Positions 24,201 to 34,354 of a stretch of DNA of 64,000 nucleotides are shown one piece after another. Position 1 is the stretch's first letter. Each line of letters starts with the position of its first letter. Below the pieces are notes generated by a model. The model was not told the origin of the DNA and made no database searches. It saw nothing but the letters and a program-made list of their open reading frames with translations. The position numbers were made by a program, and so were the translations under genes. Origin of the DNA: Pavona decussata (Eukaryota); NCBI GenBank assembly GCA_977016875.1, contig CDRNST010000067.1, positions 2,294,001 to 2,358,000 on the forward strand, given 5' to 3'.

Positions 24201-27200
24201 GTGGCAGATCTTGTGTGGGTCTGAATGAAATATCTCGAGAGTGCAATAAGCAAGTCTTCTGTCCCGGTAAAAAAAAAATTGGTACAAGTTAAATTTATTA
24301 GCAAGGAATTAATAAATCTTCACGCTTACACCTTCCTTCTTTGAATACCGAAGCTCGTGGGATGCAACGATTAAGTTCCACATTGAAAAGCGGTAAAGCA
24401 AAGTTAATAACCGTCTGCAAAGTATTCTATTAGAGAATTATGATGATAGCCATTTTGTAAATGACCATTCAGATTGACAACCTGAGACAACTGATCTGAA
24501 GCATAACACGAGTTGAAGACGCTAGTGCAGAAAAAACGACGAAAATACACCAGAGTTAGTGTTTAAACTACAACTAAACACCAACAAACTTTTAACTGTA
24601 ATCGTTAAGATTATCGTTTGTAAAATTTGTAAAAGATTTATGCTGATAAAGAGAAAGGTATATTTAGCCTAATTACGTCAAGCTTGTGTATTGGTCAATA
24701 CTAAGCATCAAACTTAGTTACAAAGATGCATTACTTCTTCCAATCCTGCAGTGGATGGAGGCTGGACGAGGTGGGGGGACTGGGGCAAATGCAGTGTGTC
24801 TTGTGGAGGTGGAACTCAAACACGTAATCGCTCCTGCACCAACCCGCCTGTGGCCCATGGTGGCAGACCTTGTGTTGGCCTCAATGAGACGAGTCAGGAC
24901 TGTAATAAGCAAGTCTTCTGCCCGGGTAGGAGACTAAGCGTAATCTCTCAATTAATCGTATGTTGGAAATGAGCAATTTCATTGTTCCCTGCGGTATTAT
25001 TGTAACACGGTCACTGCAAATCGTTATCGGGAATAATTTATTTGTTTCAGTGCTCGATACTAAAGTGGTATCACATTGGAGATCAAAGTCATTGCGACCA
25101 TTAAAGGCAGTGGTTATGAAATCCACCAAACTTCACTGTTGCGCATTAAACGTGCTTAAACCATAAGAGCAACTGACCGATATATAAAAATGCTGCATTA
25201 AGTTATTAAACCATGGTGTCTAAAAGAGAAAATTGTTGAAGGCTTTGGTGCTTTTATGCAATAGCAATACCTCTGGTAATCACCTTTCTGATTTGTAAGG
25301 TAACATAAGTTAGCCAGTCTCTTAAGAAACGTTAATTTTAATAAATCTCAGTTAAGCTTCCCTTTCTATTAAACCCGCTCTCTTATAAGCACCCCCTCCT
25401 CCTTGAGGCCAGAAAATCAGCAAGCCTTTTTCAAGGGTCTATAGTGTGACGAACATTGAAAACAATTACAACTCCTGTTGATATATGCGCGGTTGTTCCT
25501 ATATAAAATAGATATAACAACCTTTCTTCGTGTGCCCCTTAACACTTTGTTGGTGGCAAATGATCAGAAACAAATTGCAGCCTATACAGTCAATTTAACA
25601 AAACCTCCTCTGTGCTTTTGCTGAAAAATTCCTTTCGCGTTGAATACTTAATGTTCACTTATATATTATTTTTTCCAGTGGATGGGGGCTGGACACATTG
25701 GGGAGGCTGGGACAAATGCAGTGTTACTTGTGGTGGGGGAACTCAAACACGTAATCGCTCCTGCACCAACCCGCCCACGGCCCATGGTGGCAGACCGTGC
25801 GTTGGTCCGAATGAAATAAGCCAGGACTGTAATCAACATGTGTTTTGTCCGGGTAGGAAACAAGGTTTAACCTGTGAAAGAAATTTGCCAGTGTGTCTTT
25901 CCAGCACTTGCGTTGTCTCCCTGGTTCTCGTCTCCCGAGTAGCTTCCAGAAGAGGAATATGGGAGGTAGCCTCGTTGTTGCCATCGGGCAGTATGTCCCA
26001 GCCATGTCAATCGTTTCCTTGGAAGGAGAACAATGAGTGGGGGTTGTGCATTCCTCTGCATACTTCCCCATTTATAACTCTATCTTTCTAGGTTATCCCC
26101 TGTTTTAGAACGTTACTAGGCGTTTTCCTTCCTGTAACGTGGTACTCCAAACTTCTGCACCATATAATAGTGTTGTTATGACAACAGCCTGGTATATTTT
26201 CAACTTGGTGCTAAACGTCACCAATCCTATAGATTCTAATCTATCGGGAAAAAGGTATTTAGAGTATAAACCTATAATCTAAAAAAAGGCATTGTAAAAA
26301 CACAAGAGTGTCGACTTCGAGTTTCGTGTAACAAATTGGCGAAACTTTGGTGTCCGCTTCCGCTTAATAGGGTACGCCGCTGAATACATGTTCAGTCATT
26401 TTACATTTAATATTGGACGAAAATTGAGGAACCTAAGCTCGTGTCTACTTAATGTATCATTCGCTTACTACAGGTTTCTCTGTAAGATGAACAGTTCCTT
26501 GCATATTAAGAAGCGGAAGTGTACTTGCACTTCTGTATTTTTTTTTTTTTTTTTTCAGTGGACGGCGGCTGGACGATGTGGGGGGACTGGGGCAAATGCA
26601 GTGTTACTTGTGGTGGGGGAACTCAAACACGTAATCGCTCCTGCACCAACCCAACCGCGGCCCATGGTGGCAGACCTTGTGTGGGTCTGAATGAGATTAT
26701 TCAGGATTGCAACAAAACTGTCTTTTGTCCAAGTAAGATGGCAAACAAAGACACTAAACTTTATATTAATATTTGATGCCAAATTTAAAGTTTTAGTCTC
26801 AGGGCCTATTCCAAGCGCATGATATCTCAAGTTAACTCATGCTTTCATTTCAGAACAACACTATACTACACTATACTATACTGTTGTTAACTGTTAGCAA
26901 GCTTCAGGACTAGGCTCATTTTGCCATTTCTGCAACAATGATTGGCAAGCTTGTTGCCAAACGCATATTTTGGCATGAGGATGGAAAACTCGCGTACTCA
27001 ACTTAGCTTGATTTTATGCCAACTGCAATCAAAATTTGGGTTTAAGCAACTATTAGGTGAAGGTAATTGACCTTTGTTGTCTGTATGAATGCACCATACT
27101 TTTGTTCCTGTTGATTATTGCTGCATTTGACTTTGCTTATAATTGGTTAGTTGATGGAGGTTGGTCTTCATGGGACAGTTGGAGCCAATGTAGCGTGACT

Positions 27201-30022
27201 TGCCGCGGAGGAAAACGCATACGATTCCGCTCCTGTACCAAGCCACCAGCGTCCCACGGTGGGAAGACTTGCTCAGGTCAACACCTGCAAATCGAAAAAT
27301 GCAATAAAGATGTTTTTTGTCCAGGTAATAATGAAGTCGCATGATTGAAAAATTGTCTATTTCGATGTACCTTCTGTCTAGGAATGTTAGCACCACGCGA
27401 GAAAACTATCTTCTTTCACTATATAGGAAAAGTGCTCCTCGATGAGCAACTTGTAAATGTATGATTATACTTTGAATGTTCCTTTTCCCTTGACCAAAGC
27501 TGGTGTTCTAGACTTACCACATAACTGTAATTTATCGCAATCCAGTATTATCTTCGAAAACTAAATAAAGTACTATTCAACGCTTCAAATTATAATTTGA
27601 ACATCGTAAAAGAGATGTTTTTGTTTTAAGCCTGATGAATAAATGATTGATGTATTTTATCAGTCAGTGACTAAAAAAATATACCTATCATTTATTTGAA
27701 CATTATAAGTGTGTATAGCATAAGATTTTCCTTCTTTCTTTTCAGTTAATGGCGGTTGGTCTTTGTGGGGAAACTGGGGTCGCTGCAACGAAAAATGTTT
27801 AAAAACCAGAACAAGAACTTGCACCAGGCCTCCCCCGTCCAACAATGGCACAAAGTGCACAGGATCCCCAACGGAGAAAGTAAAATGTTCGTTTAATGAG
27901 TGTATGGGTAAGTAGTTTCTTCTTGAGCTCAACTGAGAATTAATTCGTTTCTCGTGTAAAGGCCCAATCTCGTACCCAGAGTCCTCAGGCTCATTGGCCA
28001 ACGGTTGGTCGCCAGGAGAGACTCTGGGGTACTTGAATTTTATTACCGCAGGATTTTTTCGGAAATGTTGCTCAGTAAACGGAGTGTTAAACAATGCCAA
28101 AACCGTCAAAGTATTTATGGTCGACCTTTCACAGTGCATAAAGCGATAATTTCCTTTTTGTGGTATCAGGATATAAATAAACACCTTGGAAAAGAGTACT
28201 AAAGGAGACAATGACTCAGACCATATGACATCCTTCGTTGATCTGTTTCTGAACTTGCATGATATACATTTCGCTTCAGAGCTGCATCATTCGGCACATG
28301 ATTAAATTACAAGGACTTATTAAAAGACGAAAAAGATAATGAAAAAATGGCGTTTTAGAATGAAATAGGTTCATAATCGTTTGATAAATGAACATCGCAT
28401 AAGGTAAATTCATTTGTGTTTTTGAATTAAAATGAAAAAAAATAGAACACAGTTCGAGCTTCAGAACGCCATCATTTTCTGGTTACATCAAGTCTTCTAG
28501 TGACTTTCCAACTCTCCATTCTATTCGCAAAAAAAAAGAAAGAAATAAGAGTACCTTGAACGGTTTCTCTTTGGATGCTGACACCCTTTCGCCAAGAAAT
28601 TCCCGTTTCAAACTGAGGAGCAAGTCAGTGATACAGTCGCAAGGATCATGCTGTTCTTTGTTCTTTGTCTTTGTGTTGTTATTGGTATGTAGAACAGACT
28701 GTAAGAATTTTAATTTTTTCTGGTTTCAAAATCAAGTGTATGATCATGACAGTAACACATGCGTTGATGACTCTAGACCAGTAAACAAGTTATTCCGGTA
28801 TATATACGATGATCATTTACTAGTGTAGGGGATAGCTCTGTACGTAGACTTACTTCATACTAGCAATCAGTTTGATCGTAGTCACAGAGCTATTTGAAAA
28901 CCTGGATAGCTTTGTAGTCAACACTTCAGATGAGTTTGTTTAAATCATGACATCAGTTTCAATAACCGGCCTTTGTATTTGAGATGAGTAGGAACACGCC
29001 TCGTGATCAGCGCCTTTAAAGTTGGTTAGAGAGAAACAACAATGCTCAGTTCTTACTATTAACGTTTCACAAATGTAGCAGTCACTTATTAGGGAAGTTA
29101 CAATTAGCAACAAACGACGAGTCTTAATTTTATACATTTCCTATATCATCATCTCGAATTCAGCAACTCCGATAGTTGGCAATCTCGTGAGTAAGGGAAA
29201 GCACCATAAAATGCGCATTTTTAACGCCTTCTGGATCTTAGATATGATTAATAGTTTTTTTTTTTTTAGATTTTAAAGATTAAACAAACAAAGGAGACCA
29301 TGACAAACAACAAGATGATTTGCAGCGAAATGACTGAAATTAACGGCACATCACAGTTATTTTAAATATATTTTGAATTCCTTATTGGAGAAATAACATT
29401 GATATCACCGAAAAGAACACATTAAAACGACAGAAAATTATAAACGTGATGGTTATTTGTTACAAGCAATCTTACTCATGCTAATTAACATCATCGGACG
29501 AGGAAAAGTTTACAGAAGTGGGCCTTGCTGGCAGACGATGGCCTACGTGTAACCGTACCCACCCCCAGAGGAAAAACGTTTTTCCTCCGGGGATGGGTAC
29601 GGCTACACGTAGGCCAACAGACGATCGCATACATGACATACATTTGTTACGCAAGAAAATGGATCGCCATACGAACGTCATTGAAATATTTACAATTTAC
29701 AACTATGAGTTGCTACTTGACATTTAAAGAGAAAAAGGACTTAACTTTGGTCTACTTTATATCTCTGTGTTAAAGTGCATTTTTGTTTTGTTTATCAGGG
29801 GGTAACGGAGGCGGTGGCAAAGGACTGGGACTAGAGGACTCCAGTGAAGGGGAATCTGGGAACGGTGCGTATTGGAAAGAATGGACGGAGTGGAGCACGT
29901 GCTCACACAGCTGCGGTGAGGGCAGCTTGAAGCTGCGAACCCGTGTGTGCTCAAGCGATGAACGCTCAGACTGCCTGGGAGAGAGTGTACAAGTGGAGTC
30001 ATGTTACTTACAACCCTGCTGA
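3046..30022 (+). CDS. Multi-exon TSP1-repeat extracellular protein (hemicentin/coadhesin/rhamnospondin-like repeats); 5' end not identified in the window
   Basis: Phase-1 AG/GT-bounded exons at 3046-3219 (has a stop), 7216-7389, 15061-15234, 22906-23079, 23560-23733, 24093-24266, 24752-24925, 25679-25852, 26559-26732, 27151-27324, 27746-27907, and terminal exon 29799-30022. Most encode WxxWxxWxxCSxTCGGGxxxRxRxC. AATAAA at about 30178 and 30339. No C-terminal TM segment. Confidence 0.88.
3442..3656. mobile_element. Harbinger-like MITE, right end deleted
   Basis: Same sequence as 7611-7850 but lacking the right TIR. Confidence 0.7.
5062..6036 (-). CDS. Class A orphan GPCR, copy 2
   Basis: Intact ORF, highly similar to copy 1. 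First ATG at 6036; the ORF-track start at 6066 is GTG. Confidence 0.93.
   Translation of the reverse strand: MVAQLCHHKLVESVELVLHKEAFMTTLCWLNIVSSVVTVIGNLVVIFALWKSSSITISMKALFLNLAVSDLAVGLLVQQMFIAVTFVMLKTEEAGHPSRFDFLCPITMTMFWFLLYLFASSSFLSVAAIAVDRLLAVSLHLRYCQLITPKNVVFTILCLWTTSAIGATVFILLPGYNDMVAVCLEFSGLLATSVAYFYIYRVARRHRNQIQCHLQVQSNNQTPNMARVKKSTNNAFYVHIIFILCWLPNLISFMVKETYGFHIIVVAVNYFTGYMVFLHSSINPLILCWRFRGIRQRVISTLNKCSVWNREAVNARLSVSTLQG
7216..7389 (+). CDS. TSP1 exon ([58 protein letters not shown])
   Basis: 174 bp, ttcag|...ccag|gtatat, open frame. Confidence 0.85.
7611..7850. mobile_element. Harbinger-like MITE
   Basis: TIRs ggcccgtttctcgaaa...tttcgagaaacgggcc with CAG/CTG flanks. Absent from the homologous intron at about 23285. 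Confidence 0.75.
7897..9718 (+). mobile_element. Probable non-autonomous Helitron or composite insertion (5' limit uncertain)
   Basis: About 1.8 kb absent from the homologous intron (23345-23366). Ends in hairpin acggca-N8-tgccgt (9686-9705), then CTAG (9715-9718) followed by T. Confidence 0.55.
9912..9937 (+). pseudogene. Truncated TSP1 exon at duplication junction (VDGGWATL*)
   Basis: The intron 3' end and acceptor match those of exon 23560. Homology stops after about 18 nt and runs into TAA. Confidence 0.75.
11135..11643. mobile_element. Fold-back (near fully palindromic) MITE
   Basis: aataggccttatcacggttttcgacgcc...ggcgtcgaaaaccgtgataaggcctatt, with arms over 200 bp. Empty site at about 19548 (catcttaaattgccaaat). 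Confidence 0.88.
12922..13920 (-). CDS. Class A orphan GPCR, copy 3
   Basis: Intact ORF with the same motifs. ATG at 13920 (copy-specific) or 13896 (shared). Confidence 0.93.
   Translation of the reverse strand: MPGRSDFKMVAQLCHHKLAESVELVLHKEAFMTTLCWLNIVSSLVTVIGNLVVIFALWKSSSITISMKALFLNLAVSDLAVGLLVQQMFIAVTFVMLKTEQAEHPNRFDFLCPITMTMFWFLLYLFAVSSFLSVAAIAVDRLLAVSLHLRYSQLITLKNVVLIILFLWTTSAIGATVFILLPGYNDMVAVCLEISGLLATSVAYFYIYRVARRHRNQIQSHLQVQSNNQTPNMARVKKSTNNAFYVHIIFILCWLPSLISFMVKETYGSHIIVLAVNYFAGYIVFLHSTINPLILCWRYRGIRQRVISTFNKCSVWNREAVNARLSVSTLQG
15061..15234 (+). CDS. TSP1 exon, cassette copy 3
   Basis: 174 bp, intact splice sites and frame. Confidence 0.85.
15456..15695. mobile_element. Harbinger-like MITE (copy of 7611-7850)
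   Basis: Same TIRs and same position in the cassette. Confidence 0.72.
15742..17683 (+). mobile_element. Probable Helitron or composite insertion (copy of 7897-9718)
   Basis: Hairpin 17651-17670, CTAG 17680-17683. Confidence 0.55.
17877..17902 (+). pseudogene. Truncated TSP1 exon at duplication junction (VDGGWATL*)
   Basis: Identical to 9912-9937. Confidence 0.75.
18470..18982 (+). pseudogene. Degenerate C-terminal ORF fragment with SAP-like helix-extension-helix and acidic tail, probably transposon-derived (shorter copy at 10639-10940)
   Basis: [41 protein letters not shown] followed by a D/E/S-rich tract. Stops and indels differ between the two copies. Confidence 0.45.
20826..21800 (-). 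CDS. Class A orphan GPCR, copy 4
   Basis: Intact ORF with the same motifs; first ATG at 21800. Confidence 0.93.
   Translation of the reverse strand: MVAQLCHYKLAESVELVLHQEAFMTTLCWLNIVSSLVTVIGNLVVIFALWKSSSITISMKALFLNLAVSDLAVGLLVQQMFIAVTFVMLKTEQAEDPSRFDFLCPITMTMSWFLLYLFAVSSFLSVAAIAVDRLLAVSLHLRYSQLITLKNVVLIILFLWTTSAIGATVFILLPGYNDMVAVCLEISGLLATSVAYFYIYRVARRHRNQIQCHLQVQSNNETPNMARVKKSTNNAFYVHIIFILCWLPSLISFMVKETDGSHIIVLGVNYFAGYIVFLHSTINPLILCWRYRGIRQRVICTFNKCSVWNREAVNARLSVSTLQG
22906..23079 (+). CDS. TSP1 exon, cassette copy 4
   Basis: 174 bp, intact splice sites and frame. Confidence 0.88.
23560..23733 (+). CDS. TSP1 exon
   Basis: ctag|tggacggtggctgg...ccag|gtaaaa; [29 protein letters not shown]. 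Confidence 0.9.
24093..24266 (+). CDS. TSP1 exon
   Basis: ttccag|...cccg|gtaaaa; [21 protein letters not shown]. Confidence 0.88.
24752..24925 (+). CDS. TSP1 exon
   Basis: ctgcag|...ccgg|gtagga; [21 protein letters not shown]. Confidence 0.9.
25679..25852 (+). CDS. TSP1 exon
   Basis: ttccag|...ccgg|gtagga; [21 protein letters not shown]. Confidence 0.9.
25880..26075 (-). mobile_element. Old 3' fragment of a non-LTR retrotransposon (RTE-like ORF2 C-terminus)
   Basis: Two frames give [12 protein letters not shown] and [26 protein letters not shown], the WLGH...RLP...GR..GR.RK.W.D signature of LINE ORF2 ends. Confidence 0.6.
26559..26732 (+). CDS. TSP1 exon
   Basis: poly-T cag|...ccaa|gtaaga; [21 protein letters not shown]. 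Confidence 0.9.
27151..27324 (+). CDS. TSP1 exon
   Basis: ttag|...ccag|gtaata; [21 protein letters not shown]. Confidence 0.88.
27746..27907 (+). CDS. Divergent short TSP1 exon
   Basis: ttcag|...atgg|gtaagt; [54 protein letters not shown]. Confidence 0.87.
29539..29616. repeat. 78-bp palindromic mini-element in intron
   Basis: tggcctacgtgtaaccgtaccca...tgggtacggctacacgtaggcca, self-complementary about the centre aaaacgtttt. Confidence 0.8.
29799..30022 (+). CDS. Terminal exon: Gly/acidic linker + final TSP1 domain + stop
   Basis: ttatcag| phase 1; [42 protein letters not shown]...CYLQPC*. Confidence 0.87.
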
Positions 30023-30936
30023 GGATCAGATTGCTGACTCAAGTGGAAAGGACTAGCAAGGACGAGGCAAAGATTGAATGCGAGTAAAGCGAGGAGCGCT
30101 CGCAAACGGGACCCCACAAATTTCGCTTTATTCGTATTCAAACTCAATTCGTCCGAAAAAAAAAAAAAAACTAATCAAATAAAGACTGAGTCAGAATTGA
30201 AAAGATATTTGTCTTAATTAGGTGAATGAACTCTTATCTTAACCTTTTTCGAAATAGATGTAATATCAACCGTACATAAAAGTTAGGTTAAAAAGTGTTT
30301 GGGGATTGATGTGAAAGAATTATTAACTAGAAAAAGGAATAAACGTTTGTGGTGTGCCTTTAGCAAATAAAAATAAAGGTTAAAAATTGAGTAATACATG
30401 AGTTGGTAGCATTATGCTAGGGAACGTTTGGCTCGTGATGATGGCCTTCATAAAATCCCAGCACGCATGGTATCTTTTCTAGTTCATGTTTTGTTCTTAT
30501 ACAGCTATTTCAATTAACGTTGTCGGATCAAAATAAAGCTAAAAGACAAGACTGCAATGTTTTGTGGGATTATTTTTTATGAATAATTTCATCAAAATCA
30601 TCCCTGCACGTGCAGGTCATTGTACTGCTAATTACAACCTATTGTTTTCTCCAGGCATGACTGATTTTGATTAATTTATTCATAAAAATCCCAAGCGACA
30701 ACGTTAGTTGAAATGACTGTATATTAGAGGAGATAAACAATCGATTGCCCTTGGATCTTCTTAGGCTTCACAGTTCAGCTGTTTTAAAAATTAAACATAA
30801 CATCACCACGACAAGGAAAAAAAATGCTTTAAAGCCCGACAGGGGAAACTTTCCAATAATTAGGTAGATTGTCTTTCTTTTATAAGAATCACTTAACAAA
30901 TCACTAATGAAAGGGTTCATTAATAATAACCTATTT

Positions 30937-31327
30937 AGGGCCTCCTTATATAAACCCGGTAAACCGGATTGCATGGCCCTGTAGGCGGGACAAATTTTGT
31001 CTTCTGTTCATATGGGAAATTTAATCCCGGTTACCGAGATGAAAAATGTCCAAAAGGCCCCCAAAATACCCGTGGAACCGCGTTCCGACTCGTCAGCGAC
31101 CTTACAAGCCATGCGCAGTTGAAAATGTTTCGTCACGGACAGTTCCGGAATCCGGGCTGGAGTGCTCATATGGGAAAAAAATCCAGCTCGGTTACCGAGA
31201 TCTCGCTAACTGGGCCAGCCCGCCTTCTCATATGAACACATCGAAATTTTTGTGAAGAAAAGAGTGGCGAGGCGAGATCTCGGAAACCGAGCCAGCCCGG
31301 TCAACCGGGCTCATATGAAGAGGCCCT
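30937..31327. mobile_element. MITE with imperfect TIRs
   Basis: agggcctccttatataaacccggt...accgggctcatatgaagaggccct, with internal repeats ggttaccgagat. Confidence 0.65.
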
Positions 31328-31542
31328 TTATTACAACGTAAATATCCCTACACTTTGAGAGCGCGTTCGACGTTACAAACAAGGTGATTTTCTGTAATCA
31401 TTAATATCTATTTGCTAATGAGCGATTGTTTAATACTCAGGGATTTTATTATTTGGAGCCAAACAAAAAGATAAATTGAGATGGAAGAAAGCATGATCAT
31501 TTTTGTTTTTAGAATGTTAATTAGTTGATTAACACCCTGGAT

Positions 31543-31596
31543 CACGTGCGCGGGGACAGTGGAATGTTAATTGCAATTAATATATGACGTCATATA
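31543..31596. promoter_or_regulatory. Candidate proximal promoter motifs: E-box CACGTG, palindrome ttaattgcaattaa, CRE inside palindrome tatatgacgtcatata
   Basis: Motifs lie 50-100 bp upstream of ATG 31645; function untested. Confidence 0.35.
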
Positions 31597-31644
31597 CACA
31601 AATTGTTGTAGTAATTTCGCAGTTTTGTTAAACAAGGTCAAGAA

Positions 31645-32637
31645 ATGGGTGCATCGTGTTTCGTTGTTTTCTGGCACAAGATTGTGTTATCTCCACCTGT
31701 GTGGTTTCTCGTGGAAGTATTTGCCAAGAAGCCGTGGAAATGGAGTCTTTACAGCTCATTAGCCCTGACTGGTTTCTTTCCACTTCTCGCGCTGTTGGTC
31801 TTTACACTGGGATCAGTAATATTCGGTTTATGCGCACTTGTCATTGTACATTGCGGATTCCTTGCAGTGGCACTTGGTTCCTTGATCTCGTCAGTCATCA
31901 TGATCTCTCCTGTGGCACTTTTGCTGACATTTTTCATTTACATGCTGTACAAATTTGTCGTCCTGGCTGTGCGTGCAGTACGCTGGGTTCTGGCTCTACC
32001 CAGTGAAGTATTAAAGCAAGCAAGGGCAAGTGTTTCCGGGCTAGCTAGAACTCTAAGTTTTTGGCAAAACGGCAAGAAAAAGTCGCCAAAAGATGCTTCT
32101 TCAGGAGTGCGTTCAAGGACAGAGCAGAGAATAAGGCGGAGAAATATACAGCAAAAAACTGAGCGACAGACAAAACTGGAAGAAACTAAGCAACAGCAAC
32201 GACGAATTGAAGATTCTGATACGGAAGAAGATTATGGAAATCATCGGCAGGCTTTCCATCCAAGAAAGAAATCGACGGGGTGGTTTGATTGGCTAAATCA
32301 GTCTGATAGCGACGGCAGTATTTCGGACAGTGATCAAAATGTTGGAGCTTGTCGTCACGGCTACGAATTGCAGCGATCGGGTTCACGAAGAAACTCCGCG
32401 CTTAGATGCAGAGTTTGCATGGAAAGAGGCTCTGCAAGTAGTTTATCTTCCAACGGTGAAACAGTAAAATTCACCTCAGGGTCTGGTTCGGACTCGTTCC
32501 ACACAGCAGATGAATGGCTCGCCGAAGATTTTAGTGGGAACGTGATTCCTGATTATAGAGATAGAGAATCTAAGCTGTACGACGCGCTTTTGAAAAGAGA
32601 CTTTTGCCAAGGTGCTGATACCTACATGTATTACTAA
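31645..32637 (+). CDS. Promethin/LDAF1 (TMEM159)-like membrane protein with long charged C-terminal tail, single coding exon
   Basis: 330-aa ORF. An approximately 80-aa uninterrupted hydrophobic region (FAKKPW...GFFPLLALLVFTLGS...VHCGFLAVALGSLISS...PVALLLTFFIY) resembles the promethin double hairpin. The family call is from pattern recognition only. Confidence 0.65.
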   Translation: MGASCFVVFWHKIVLSPPVWFLVEVFAKKPWKWSLYSSLALTGFFPLLALLVFTLGSVIFGLCALVIVHCGFLAVALGSLISSVIMISPVALLLTFFIYMLYKFVVLAVRAVRWVLALPSEVLKQARASVSGLARTLSFWQNGKKKSPKDASSGVRSRTEQRIRRRNIQQKTERQTKLEETKQQQRRIEDSDTEEDYGNHRQAFHPRKKSTGWFDWLNQSDSDGSISDSDQNVGACRHGYELQRSGSRRNSALRCRVCMERGSASSLSSNGETVKFTSGSGSDSFHTADEWLAEDFSGNVIPDYRDRESKLYDALLKRDFCQGADTYMYY

Positions 32638-34354
32638 GTTCTGATCTGGAGCATGGACAGACTTCATTGACCATCGTAATTAGCCTCAGTAATATCTATG
32701 TATTGTTTAAACGTTTGTCCGTTGCAAATACTGTAGCACAGTTACAAATATGTGAAAATGCCTGCACTCAGCTCTCGTTCTGTTTCACGAAAAAAACGAA
32801 AGTTGAGTTCAAATGTTGAATTTGTGATTGTACGACTTACATTAAATCAGCACATAAAGTCCTGAATGAAAAATATTTATTTGAAGTAGCGAGGTTATTT
32901 TTTATTCATAGAAAAAGAATTTTTGCTTATATCTCGCCAGAGTTGTGTTATTTGTGTTATTAGTAAAAAATTGTAAATACCTTAAAATTAAGAAAAATGA
33001 ACAAAAAAGAAAAAAGAAATTATCTTCTATATGTCTGATCATAACGTTTTGAAAATGGCAAATGGCAAAAGTGTGGTGGTTTTAAGCTCGCACGCGCATT
33101 GATGATGCGATCTTTTAGTAATCTGCGAGCGCGAGCTGACGCAAGCTCGTGCAAAACAGCGAACAAGTCAACAATACAGCGCAAAATACACCCCTGAGTT
33201 AGAAAAAGAAAAGCATTTCGAAGCAGACAGCCTCTGTAACAGGTTTGTAACCAAAGTATTTGTTATTCGTGCCTTCAAAGATAACGAGGTTGTAAATTTC
33301 ATCCAAGTGGTTCGCGTCAAAGTTTTAGCAAACAAGTCCTCTGTTCCAAAGTTCAAGCATGTCCAAATAGCGAATTGGGCGAATTCCTATTCGAAGACGT
33401 AAATATTGTCCGTCAAAATGTAAACTTCCATCTGGATTTTCTCGCATTTCCTTCGGAAACATTTCCTAAAAACTGCCCCAGAGGTTTATAATACCGGTAA
33501 TTTCCTCTAGTTATGGCTCAATTTTGACAAAAAAAAGTTAAGAGAAGTTTGTACGCAGTGGCAAAAACCACAACTTTGCGAAAAGCAAAGAATCTGCCTT
33601 TGAAACCCCTACCTTTTTTGCTCTTAAGCGATTTTCCTGGTGATATTCGACCCGCTGTGGAAATTTCAGGAGAATTGACCTAAAAGTGGCGAACATGTGG
33701 AAAACCCCCACTGCCCATAAAAGCTGTTTATAGTCGTGTTTCATTACCGCACTAGCGTTCACTAGCCCCTCAGCGCGAGATTCAGTCAATTTAAGTTTTG
33801 CTCTCCCTAAATCAACGATGCAATGAGATCTATGAAGTGGACACTCACGAAACAAAACATTCTCTACAAGGAACGAGCTCTGCCGTTCTTTCCCGGTTTA
33901 GAAAAATATTATCAAGGACCTCAAAATATCATTTAAATTTTTAATAATTGCTGGTGCAAAAAGTTGTGACGGCTCAAGGGAAAAATTACTTATGCACTTC
34001 ATCAAAGGAACGAAACAAATCTATGATCCATTATGAGGAAGCTGACTAATTTATTACATACAAAAAATAAACTTTTGTTGCCACGCGACTTAGAGTTCAC
34101 TTATAACGCGTAGGTTTTACATCATATTTGTGTACATTTGTTATTAGAAGCGTTATCACGTTTTTTTAAACTGAAAAGGAGACCTTTTAACACGTGGATG
34201 TAAGCCGCCGATTACACAGCATATTATTTTCGCATACAGCAAGTCAGACATATACACTTTGTCAGTAGACTGGTTAGTTAATGAATCAAAACCACTGAAA
34301 TGTGAGTTGCCAGTCTTTTGTAATGCTTGTATTCCTAAAAGGAAAATCCAGCGA

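Noticed and set aside
22906-27324. Regularly spaced repeats resembling a CRISPR-like array
   Set aside because: They are 174-bp coding exons with AG/GT boundaries in eukaryotic DNA; no cas genes
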